This document shows, piece after piece, positions 1 through 12,900 of a DNA stretch of 64,000 nucleotides. Position 1 is the stretch's first letter. Every line of letters starts with the position of its first letter. The position numbers and the translations under genes are program-made. The notes under the pieces are model-generated. The model ran no database searches, was not told where the DNA came from, and saw only the letters and a program-made list of their open reading frames with translations. Origin of the DNA: Oopsacas minuta (lineage: Eukaryota; Animalia; Porifera); assembly GCA_024704765.1 (NCBI GenBank), contig JAKMXF010000122.1, positions 705,068-769,067 of the forward strand, written 5' to 3'.

Positions 1-502
1 GGCTGATACAATGGTGGAAACTACATAACTGGAGAATGGTGGAATTTTGAATCCGTATTTGTAGCAATGACTGAATGGTGGAAAACTACTTAATCGTAAC
101 ACCTGGCGGATTTGATACGCGGACGCTAAAAAGCACAAATGCTTATACATAATATAATCCGACAAATTGTTCCTCATCACTTTTTAGACAGATACTAAGT
201 AATTATTAATATTAAACATTGAAGATAATTGCCGATTCCTAAATTGCATACACTATCATATTCAGCATTGTTGGGGTTTGGGGCTGATTACGAATACAAT
301 TGTACTCGATTACAATCGACCACACATTGTCCTGTAATCAATACCGTATTCGTTATTGTAATCATGCTAATAAATTGGTGATATTAATAAAATAAATTTA
401 AGATATACGATCAATTCGTAGAATTACACTCTACCATTTCCACTTAGTAATGTCCTTTTGCCTGAACTATAATCATAGTCGTAACCTTGCAGAATTTTAT
501 AT

Positions 503-549
503 TAATCGTAATGGTAATCGTAATGGTAATCGTAATGGTAATCGCAATC
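503..549. repeat. 12-bp tandem repeat (TAATCGTAATGG) x approx 3.5
   Basis: Read directly; lies between inverted attgccgattcc / ggaatcggcgaat. Confidence 0.85.
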
Positions 550-616
550 ACCTGAAAGGAATCGGCGAATCAATTACAGAAAAACATTACTGAGATTTAA
601 CTAAATGCTACTTGAC

Positions 617-979
617 CTCAATATTATTATCTGCTGAAAGGACTTTTAGAGTCCAAAGAGCAGCGCCACTAGTGCCATCGATAACTAGACCATCTGTTTC
701 TCTATCCAATGATATAGCAGAAAACACTTCGCCATCAACTGTATTGCTAGAGGTACCAGAATCAGGGGTTAGCTTAAACATACTAGCTATATTAGAAGTT
801 GAATCAATTGAGAGGGAAATAGCCCCATCATTCCCAGAATCAGGATCTGTCACAGTGAAGCCTATGATGGAAAAATCCACCATATTGTTTTCAGGAAGAC
901 TAATAGAATAATTGGGAAGATCAAAGGTTGGAGAATTATCATTGCTGTCTCTGACTGTAATTGTAACCACTGCAGTGAC
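617..979 (-). CDS. Cadherin exon 24 (last exon in window; donor position uncertain)
   Basis: catttag|VTAVVTITVRDSNDNSP...LDRE...ADNNIE|GTCAAG. An alternative donor AA|GTAGCA lies 5 nt further; the next exon is not found in the window. Confidence 0.85.
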
Positions 980-3900
980 CTAAATGAACGGGACAGGCTA
1001 AAAATTGTAAAGCTTAAAATCAATCAAAAGTATGACGAAATTATGACGTAATTGACAACTTTTGTTTATCTTCGAAACTGCTCAGCAAACATATAAGATA
1101 GTTCAAAAATATAAAATAACAGTCACCATAGACGCCATTAATGGGATCAGGCCACCAAGTTATAAAACTGAAGGGCCCGAGTATCCCAGGACCAACAGTT
1201 TTTCACTTTATGTTTCAGAAATTGTATATTCTTAACAACAATACAGTATTCACCCTACAGATTCATAGAAAATGTGTTACAAAACAACTTTAAAATTAAA
1301 TACAGTGATAATGTTTCACTTATTGCCCAAATATTCATTCATACTGTATGTAATAAAAGAGTCAACTTATAAATGCTAACGTCATCGCATAAATGGCGCT
1401 GAAACAAGATGAAAGATGACCGTGTGTGCCTTGCATATGTTAGTTAGTTTGACTGATTCCTAAATTTTTTAAAACTAACGAACTAGCAGGCGAAATGCGC
1501 TATAATCCTTAATTATAAATTAAGTAACAGGAGCGTACAGAGATTCCAATAGGTGGTAGGGCCAAGCTAGGGCTAGCGGATCGCTGGTAGTGGAAACTTT
1601 AGATTGACTATATCATGTAGTAGTCTATGACATTAATGACAATATATAAATAAAGAGATGCGAATTTTGGTAGGGTCAAGGCAGGGTCAGAAGAATTCGA
1701 GGTTGAGGCATGACCTGAACTGTACCCCCCTTGGGTACAGCCCTCTATATTTAAAGTATAAAAGAATTAAACTCACACTTCTTAGACCATCAAATACCCG
1801 AACCATTAAAGTGAAACTTGTAATAGATTCGAAGTCAAGCCCACTAGCACCGAGAGTTATCCTGCCAGATGAATCAATGTTGAAGACATTATTAGCATTT
1901 CCAGAAGTGATCTCAAAAGAAATAACACCTACTGTATCAACATCCAATACTTCAATGTCAATAACCTCAGTACCTAAGTAAGGAGTGATAAATACAATAT
2001 GATATTAGATAGGAATATATTAGTTTATGATAATACATATATATGTCCAGAATTGATTGGAGAAACTGGAAACCCCTCAGGGCTGATTTATGGCATAGTA
2101 CAGAGGTATTTTGGGTATTTTAAAATCCTTAAACATCAGCGTAATGCAAAATTGTCAAATTAGCTTAGATACCTGCTGGTGATGATTCATTCAGTGTTAT
2201 AGCAAGAATTGTGTTATTAATTACTGGAGGGTTATCATTCTCATCTGTAATGTCTATAACAAGATTGGCTACACCAGTATTACTAGAGTCATTAGCCACT
2301 ACAAGCAAAGTAAAAGTGGTTGATCCCGAATCAAAATCCAGACTGCCTATGAAATGAAAAAGATGTAAAATAAAAGTAAATACTCGTTAAAAAGAACAAT
2401 CTGTAGATTAAGTCAAAGTTATTTCGACATTTAAGATCATATTATATGAATTGATTAACCTGACACAGAAACTTCCCCACTCATTGAATCAATGGAAAAG
2501 AGAGATGAATCTGGATTGAAGCTATAATTTATCTTGTTAAAGGGCATAGTAGCATCACCATCTGCAGCTTCTACAGTAATTATAATTTGATTGGATGGTG
2601 TAGTTTCAGATATCGTGACAGAATAGACAGCAAGTAGAAATTTAGGTGTATTGTCATTGGTGTCAATTATTGTAATCTGAACTGAAGCATGCCCTTGTCC
2701 AGGAGGATCGTCGCCATCAGTAGCTAGAACTGTGAAAGTAAATATTTCAAATTCCTCTCGATCTAAAGGGGCTATGAGAGAGAGTTGGCCAGTACTTGAA
2801 TTAATACTGAAGTAGGTAGTTGCAAAATCAGGAATAGAATACGAAATAGTAGTAGTTGTGTCTACCTCCGTTGCACTTACGGTCAATACAGATGCGATAG
2901 TGGAAACTTCCTCCATTACACTTCCTGTGTAAATTAGGTGAGAGAACACCTAATGAGGTTATTTGGATAAAAAGTAACGGTTTCCTGACTAGAAAAATAC
3001 ACTATAGGGTACAGTCATATTAATATATCTCAGTTGTTGTCTGTTTGTACGTTGCGAAGTAATGGTGTTAATCAGAATTAGAATTTCATAAACCGGCCGA
3101 GCTATAAGATAACTCTACGTATTTACTGTTTTCCACATTGTAACTAGTATTCTGGGCAATTCGTTCCCCAAGTACTATTATCTTATCAAAGTTCTCAAAA
3201 TTTGGGAAATTTTTACAGCGATGATGACGTACTAATTATGGTAGAACAATCATATCTCCTGGTTTTAAGTCGTTGTAAGTATAAAATATCGATTTTCTGG
3301 GCTGGAAAATGTTTGAATTTATGACGTCAAAAGTTCCATTGATATTCACCCATTTTGTAATTTGGAAACAAAAATTGTTGCTAAATTGCAAGCAATGTTT
3401 TTATTTTTGACGTAAATCCTAGTTAGGTGCGAAAATTTGATGAATTAATTTCAAATTAAATATAAACAGTATTCTATAGTGTCAAAAACTGGGAAAAATA
3501 CCGCGGGAACGCTGGTATATTTTTACTGTTTTGAAAATTGAATCTATCAACAAGTGAATTCTATTAGAATTTTATTGTTGATATTTGTCAGTTTCAGTGA
3601 CAAATATCAACAATAAAATTCTATTAAAATTCTAACACAATGAAAAGAAAATATTCTACGGAAGTTTTAAGAAAAAAGTCTAAAACAGCGGGTTTTAGGT
3701 AGAGATGGGGCAAGGGCCGATTTCAGTTTAATTTCTTTAGAAAATATAGCAGAGACTTCGTGTCCGCATTTACTATTAACCAAATAGGGCTTGGGAAAAT
3801 GTGTGACTTTATGTATTCAAGGTGTTAAAATCTCGTTTTTGTTGAGGGAATCGGTTAAAACGCAGTGGTAAAACTTTATCGTTTCTTTTCATTACGAACG

Positions 3901-6900
3901 TGACACTTTGGCCACAATCGGAGTTTCTACCAAAAATGTACATATCTTTACAATGAGAGAAAAACAGGGAATAATACAGGTACTAGCTAAATTGACAAAA
4001 TAATTAATATACTCGTATATTTTGGTCACCGATGTAGTGTTTCAAGTGATAGAGTCCTGAAATTTTTTAGTAGTTTGAGGGTGGTTTCATTTCGGCTATT
4101 AATACTTTGTGATAACCAATTATGCATGGTTAGAAAATTGAGCTAGGGGCTAGTCGTAAATATATAGGAACATTTTGATACTATTTCAGTTGTACCTTCT
4201 TAACTGTAAACGATTGTCTGTCAAAAGTATTATCAGCCGACATGAAACCACCCTCAAACTACCCAAATCCAAATTTTCTGATTTCTATCTCTGAAAACAC
4301 TAAATTATTCCCATTTTAGGATGAAAACTGGATATTTTGTATGGAAACAAGTACCTTTACAAAATCATTGCGGTACCACGAAATCAAAAAATCGGATCCT
4401 ATTCAATTTTACATGCTGATTCAGTGCCGAATTCAGAATTGAAAAGGAGAAGCCGGTGTGTATTTCAAACATTAAGGAAAATTATTCACCGTAAACCCTA
4501 GTGTATATATATACCGGAATATCTTCATTTTCTCCAAGAATGCTTATAGTTATAGAGACTAGACTATCTGAAGGAGTAGAGCTAGAATCTGAAGCACTAA
4601 TATTAAAAGTGTATTGAGTAGGAGGAGAGTCTGCATCAAGAGTAGCAATAGTTCTCAGAATTCCAGTAGACCTAGCCAATTCAAATGTAGACAAAATCGC
4701 AGAATTATTAGACGCTATTTCATAAGATAACAGAGCATTGGTCCCGCTGTCAAGATCGATCGCCTAAAATATAATAATAAATAAGTAAGTATGTCGATTC
4801 TGTACAATATTGTATAATATGTTACATCATGACCTACTATACAGTTAAAGACAAAAGTATTCGAACAATATTTTGTTATATTCACATTCGCACATGTAAC
4901 TAAGATATTATCCGTCAATCAACATAAATGAATCTTGTTCACGCTTATTCACTGCTGTATAACTAATACTTACTTTATACATAAAGTAATTAGATTTTAG
5001 TTTCATATACTTAGTATTAGATACTGTAAGTGGTCGAATACTTTGTTCTTTAACTGTATTCACAACTAGCTAAGCAAAGAATTGTCAAAATATTATCCAG
5101 ACTATTGATTATATTCTCTTTGATCATGAAGAATTGCAGTTATCAATACAAATTCAACAGCAAATAGGATTCTACATACGACAAAGACAACTAGAATGCT
5201 TTTGAATCTGCTTTCCAAGTCATTTTAACCACAATGACGCAATCAAAGTTTACCTAATCAATAATGGTAATTATTTTACTAATAAATACAAATACTATCG
5301 AAAAACCCACAAATATCATGAAATGAATCATGATTCGTATTGACTTAGCACAAAAACACAATAGAAATACTGTATTACATAATGTTATAAAAATGGTTAG
5401 CAATTATGGCTTATTTTGTGTTCGCATACATTTTTTGATGGAATTTCTTCGATTTTCTAAGATTGACTTTTTAATGCTGTTTTTAAGGCGACTATCACTA
5501 AAATGATTATTTAATGAGTGTTTATGAAATTAAGATCATCTTTTGGTTATTTAAACAAAAATTTAACAAGTGGAAGGTATTTCGATAAATAAGGATTAGT
5601 TTAACATTTGACAATTTGGGAAAAAATGATAAATATGAAAATATGACCATATATGGGCATGAACTTTGATTGTGTCATTGTGGTTAAAGTAACTTGGAAA
5701 GCAAGTTCAAAAGTATTCTAGATGTCTCTGCCGTATGTGGAAACCTATTCATAGTTGAATTTGCAATGTAACTACAATCCTTCATTATCAAACAGCATAT
5801 AATCGAAGGCCTGGATATTATTTTGGCAATTCTTTGATTAGATAGCCGTGTATATAGTAAGCCATGGTTACATCATAGCATTCTATACATCAGGCAATGG
5901 CGCGGTTAATAAGTTTTTGAGTAGGGATAAAATAGTTAATAAATATATTTACAACTTCGGGAAGTTTATTAGTTTCGATAATATCAAAATGGTGCATTTT
6001 TCCCCGAATATCTAGTCTATACCTACCATCTATCCGGGTCGAAATGACGTCATCTGAATCATTACAAATAAATTTAGTAAATAAAAATGCTCCAATTTGA
6101 AAGCACTGTAAAGATATAACTATTACCTTTTACAGCTACAAACTTTACACTTTTTGCTCTAAGGGAAGTATTTATATAAAATATAAAAAACTAATCATGA
6201 TAAAGTTGGCATGTTCTAGAGTTATTATGGTGAGCATGGATGGCATATTTTGACAAATCTTTAACTTCACAACCTTTATAGATATGGCCAAATCGTCTTG
6301 CAAAAATGTTCTATATACAGTAGTAATCGGGTACGCTGATTCCGGTCTGTACTTTCAAGGTACTTATGTGTAAATGATAGTTGTTCTTATGAAATTCTAG
6401 GGATGAAGTGCCGGGCATGCGAACACAGTATTCGAAGTGCAGCGCAAGCACGCGAAGCAGTCGTACATTGGATCGAGTAGATTGCCCGACTTGGAGGATC
6501 GACAGTCCTTACTATTAAGATGTCTATGGTATTAATAAACAAACCTGTACTGCTAGTATGGTAGTGCCGATAGGAATTGTTTCCAACACCTGAATATTAT
6601 ACGAGGTCTCAAGGAAAGTAGGTGGGTTGTCATTAACATCTCCAATAGATATTAAAACAGTTGCTGTACTAGTGAAAAAGCCATCTGAAGACTGTACAGT
6701 TATTTCATGAGAAGAACTCATTTCAAAATCTATTGAACTCCCAGTAGTTTTATCTACAGATATTTCACCTGTTGTAGAGTTTATTGAAAAGCGATCGTCA
6801 GCTGTATCAAGTAGAGAATATGTTATAACGGTATTATCATCATTATCATTTGCAAGGACTGTGAAGAAAACGAAACCTGAAAGAAATAAGATAAGATGAG

Positions 6901-9900
6901 ACTAAAAGAGTTTAGAAAAAATGCACTTAAGCATTATCTGTAATTCATAAAATAAGGTTAATTGGTATTGGGTGGCCGGAATAACGCTGAATCAGGGTTG
7001 GAGTTTGTCCAGTCCAAAACTGGTTGTTGACGGACAGTGGGGAGAACAATGTTTTAACCGGTAAAAATTGGAAACTAGTCAATACAATCCATTAGTACAA
7101 CTTTACGCTAGAATAATAAATATAAAATTCCAGTTTGTGCCGACAGCTTAGTAATTTACTTACATTTGTGTAAAATGGCACTTGTAATTGGAGGCTAAGT
7201 GTTGGGGTTAAATATTATTTATTATGGTGCCTCCAATTACAAGTGTCACTTTATACAAATGTAATTAATAGGTTAGCTGTCGGCGCAGACTGGAAGTTCA
7301 TGTCTATTTGTCATCTCTGATGTCTCGAACTTAGTAAAAGCATGCATTTTCGTGAATTATCTGCGTACAAAAATTCTTCTTTTGTACAAATTTTCGATTA
7401 GTAAATATTTAAAATTAGATATCACCATCACTATCACTTCGGTGAAGTCATTATTATTATGGGAAACATATCCCACTTAACATCTACTAGCTTCATCAAT
7501 TGTAAGTATTCTCCTATAAAAATGTTATAAAAATTTGAATTCGTGACGTCATGTCGACTAAACAAAAATATACATAATTTTTGTAATGTGTGCAAACACT
7601 CAAGTTTTGCCAGATTTTTCGAAATCTCACTATTTTGAAAATGTTGCTTCGTCGTCATCAATATACTATGGTGACGTAATAGTAATTGCGGTCAATGTGT
7701 CCGTAGTAACTTCTACTACACTTAGTCAATTGGAAGTATTACTCTAATAGACTAGCTATTATTGTTAAAAATAGTCCAGCAGCCAAACGCCGAATTTTAC
7801 CGAACCTAAATTTTTGGTCTAATGTTTGTTCTTAGTGGATTTAGATTGTCCAAACTATCAGCTTGAATATTATTGCTACTGGATCGCTATCAGCATTGAG
7901 CATTTCTATATTTAGCTAATTTACAAATTTTGAAGAGTTTAAAATGCATATAACTCCTTCAGTTAAATTGAAACGGATATTTTTTCACGTCGTTTGAGTG
8001 GTCACTTGACTATATTCAGGAATATTTTCTATAACAAGCAGGAATGTGGCAACATTCCATTCTCGAAGTTTGTCCTAACCCTATCGAGTGACCACCTTGT
8101 TCAACGCCAGAAGACTAGCTAGTCTAGTTTTAAACATTCGTCCTCTAAATGGTCTGGTAACACAATTTGGCTACATCGATCTCCGCGGTCCCTCTATATT
8201 CCTGATATTTCTTACATACTTAAAATTAAGTACACAGGTATAGTCTGTTTTCTTTATTAATACCTAGTTATAAAGTGATTCACTTCGCATATTGTATAGA
8301 CATAAGAAACTGTCCTAAATATTTCCTTCATCTTACGATATATCCTAGAAGATAACTCGTTTGCATGGGATAAACTATATTCAATTTAGTGGGATGTTGG
8401 GTAATTGCCCAAACGGATACATGTGATAGTTTGGGGCAATCAACCTACTTCCTACTGAATTGAATATCGGTTATCCTCGTACAAACGAGTTATCTTTCAG
8501 GATAAATCATAATATGAAGGTATATAGACTAGTCAAAATTACAATTTTCTCAAATAGATGAAATGTCTTAAGAGATTTGCCTCTACCAAATTACTTAAAA
8601 GTTAGTCTACCATAATTGATGAAAAGTCTAACAAAATAATGAAAAATCTACCAAAAATAATGAAAAATCTACCAAAATTAGTGAAAAATCTACCAAAATT
8701 AGTGAAAAATCTACCAAAATTGATGAAAAGTCTAACAATTTTTTGATAAATAATCTACGAAGCAAAGTACGGTAAGTAACTATATAATTAAGACGTAGGA
8801 TACAAATCTATCCACTTAAATTGTTATACAATAGGCCAGTGGTTCTCAAACTGGGGTCCGCGACCCCATAAAATGGACCAAAGAGGTCTGCGGAAAATAA
8901 AGGTTGAGAACCAATGCAATAGGCAATCACAAATTGGGGAATTTCCTAACCAGGTAAAACCTCCCAAACTGGAGCACACCTCTCAGATTTTGAGTTTTCG
9001 GTACAGAAATCACTCTCGCAAACCTAGCCCTCAGCTATTTTCCAATCTACCCAGTTTCAAGTATTACTGTATTGTAACTCAGTAACTAGTAAATTCTGTC
9101 CAGATGGTTTATTAATCCAAGGTTCAACCAGCTTCAACCAAATACGAATTTAACCGAATAATGGTCAGACCAAATAATTTGGTTAACCGAATAATTTGGC
9201 CAAAGGAATAATTCAAAATGTTGGCTGGATCAGAGTTTGTGACAAAAATATATAATTAAATTTTAGCAGAAAATCTAAAGTAAATTCATATTTTGTCAAG
9301 TGCAAAATATATTTCGTTTTGGATATATTTGCCGACCGCATCCATGCGGGTTGGGTAAAACTGATGTACGCGTATGCGTATAGCCAGTATCAGTACCTCT
9401 TAGAAAAAGAAACATTCAAACGTTACGAAAATCCAAAATTCCCGAAAACTACTAAGTATAGAAAGGAAATAAAATAGAAAACCAAAAGTCGTGTCATTCG
9501 AATTGAAAAACCACAAACGGAGTATACTCAGAACTTTGTGACGCGGATTTAGTGAAACAATTATTTTAAGAATTTGAAAAATTTTAGAAGATATTTTGTA
9601 TACCGTATTTCCCTGAATAAGCGGCGGACTCTTTTGAAATAAGGTAGTCATAATGACGTAAAATACAATGATTAGTTTGAATTGTGTCAATATCATGACG
9701 TCAGGACATATTGATATATTGATCTGTGATTACATTTTCAAACTGATGTGATTTTAGAATTCCCAAGTGACAATTAAGTCATAATTCCGTAATATGTAAG
9801 AATATTGTTCCAAGACTTGAAATGATCTAGTAGGGGCCAAATACTACCCTCTATTTCTTATGGTAAATATAACATTGAATCTACCATTAATCTATGAATA

Positions 9901-12900
9901 TGGTAGCAGTGGCACATCCAGGGGGGATATACCTCCATCCAGGATAAATTGACATGATATCGAATCATAGAGTTGTACGTATACACTGAAATATTGACTC
10001 AAATTGCAATCAGTAAATTTTCGGCTCGCTTCGCTCGCGTCTTAATCTTACAAATATCATGTTGTATTTCCTTTAAACTCAGGTGTATCCGGTATTGTAA
10101 TAATCTACGGAAGTTGCATATACAGATTACCAATGAGGAAATAAATAATCAATTGAAAACTTTACATGCCAATTGTGTATCAGGCCATTAGGAGAAAAAA
10201 TCGAGATTCGAAGTTACCTACAGTAGAAAGGCGACTAATGTTGTGGCAAATATGTCATCCAGGGGCTTCGCACCTGGTCCATACTGGGGGCTTACAGCGC
10301 CACCCAGACACCCAGCTGGATAATTATCCCCCCCACCATAAATTCCTGGATCCGCCACTGTATGGTAATACTATGATAAGAAGTATCACCTTGTGAAACA
10401 AAAATTAGTACATAGTACTAACCAAAGTACGATATATCCGAAATTTTCCTATACAATAAGTACAAGAATTTGATAATCCGTAAAAATATGGTCCGTGTAG
10501 AACAAATGAATAATTAAAATATTATCATACCATCGACAGAATCTTCTGACAATTCATTAGGAAGAATATAAGTATCCTGTTCAAATAGTGGTATTTGATC
10601 GTTTACATCAGTTACCATCACAGTAAAAGTATGCGTTATAGAAGATAATCCATCATTTACAGTAATAACGAGGGTATAAAGATCACGTAGTTCTCTATCA
10701 AGAGGTCTGTTAGATGATTGATCAAATAAAGTGATCGTAGCTAAAAAGATAAGAATCACGAATAAAGGCATAGAATACAATATGAAGAATTATGTGTATC
10801 AGTACCATAGCATTCTATACACTAAGGCAATGTTACTGATTGATAGCTTGGACCAGGGATACGTCAAGTCAGTGCTAAGGAAATCTATTAGTTGCGATAA
10901 GGTTACATTTTGGCCTGAATAAATGTATTGTTGATATTGACATCACTTGCAGTCTACATCTACAAACTATTTTCAGGCCAAAATTACGTCACTTGATTGC
11001 TTACTTTGCAAATATGTCAGAAAAATCAAAAATGTTCCAGTTTTGAAACTCTGTAGAGAGTAAATTCATACAATTACGGTTTCAAGATTATGCCATGGGA
11101 TTTAAGGCTGTTATTGTACAAAATATCAAAATTGTGTCATGATATAGTTCGCGCGTTCCAGAGTTATAGTAGTGACCATGGATGGCATATTTTTGCCAAT
11201 ATTCACCAATAACTTGACAACCTCCAATGCTTTGGCCAAATCATCAAACAGACAAGTAGTATATACTCGACTTCCCATACCCTAATAATACATTTTGATA
11301 CGATCTAAAATATCCATCAATCAGTACCATTGCCTTAGTGTGTAGAATGCTATGATGAATAACTAGTATTAGTCCAGCTGATAAGTGGAAAATTATTCAT
11401 TTTTCTTGAAGAAATTTCCATTTTGGTGCCGATAATAATGACAATAATAATACAAGTTCTTATTTAGCGCCGAATTCATAGCGACTCTGGGCACTGTACA
11501 GAGTTCAAGTTATGTAAAAGTAGCTGAATGGATGTAAATCAAAAGAGAAGAATCTTGAGCTGTTTCTTAAGAGTTTTGATATCTTGGGCCATTCTAATCG
11601 TAATTGGTAGCTTCTTCCAGAGTTGAGGTGCTACAATCGAAAAGCCTTATTACCATAAGAACAGGCGGTGGCCGTCCATCCGATTTTGTATTGCTTCTAA
11701 GAGTCCTCCTTTGTGTTGTTCAATTTTCATTGAGATGAGGAGAACTCAGACAATTGATTACTTTAAAAGATAGAGTTAGTACTTTGAATTGAATCCTTTT
11801 AAATATCGGCAATCAATGTCACTCAATTTAAGAGAGGTGTTATATGATCCCGTTTCTTTGCACACCCCACTCTGGATCTTGTCTATTTCGGGAAAATCGT
11901 CCTCTCCCAAAATTCGTCTGTCAGAACAATAGAGTGAAATTAAAATCTAACTTTCTCAAATGAAGCCTAATTATGTTTCCATCGTAATCTTCTTGATCAG
12001 CATTCAATTTCCAGCATTTGATGGGTCACTTGACCATATCCTACCCCTTTTGAGAATGGAACATCCCAGCGTTGTCAATGAGATTGTTTATCCAAACATA
12101 GTCATGTACACTTATAATCTAGGGTGAGAACTGTGCGAGCTTTATAGTAATCACGGGCTGTGAGCTGTTATCCAAGGGCCACGGACCCCAAAAGGTGAAA
12201 TACAACTACGTAATTCATATATTAACCACTATTACACTTTTGTTTTAGCTAAGCCTTTGACATGATTGCTCTCCTGTCAGAGATGTGCACTCATCCATTA
12301 ATACGTTAATCGATAATTAGCGAAGTTACAATTTCATTAACGATTTAAATTTACATTAAAAATCATTAACGAGTAATAACGACCAATAAACTTCCGTTAC
12401 AAGTCAGTTAACCAATCTCTTTAATTCTTAATTCGCTGATTATACCATCTGAATTTGTTCCAGCAACATATTTACTAACCCTTTCTAACTATCTCTGAAA
12501 ATCTATCTTGAAATTCGGTATTTGTCTTTGACTTCTAATATTATATGGAATCATATGAACTTTTCACTTTTTTGTCAGAAAATTGCGAGATATACGCAAT
12601 ATTGCCATGGATTTAGTAATTCTTTTCCTCTATCAAAGGAATTATTTCGAATTTTTAGTAAGTGGGACTTACTTTATAATTTGATTTGGGAAGAAATTTT
12701 CACAAACTGAGAGGGCGAAGCTCACTTTAAAACTGAGCCATGCATGGAGGGAGCCTATATCTCTACTATGGTAAATACCGCAAAATACGGCCTAAAAAGG
12801 CTCCAAATCAGTGCTTCACGACACAGCAATATTCAAAATTACTCCACTATAACCGATCACGGCTGAAGTTTACGTTCGTAATGAAAAGGAACACTTAATT

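Noticed and set aside
1-125. Possible cadherin exon 25 after ttttag at approx 126 on the minus strand
   Set aside because: The frames compatible with exon 24 hit stops, and the open frame is not cadherin-like.
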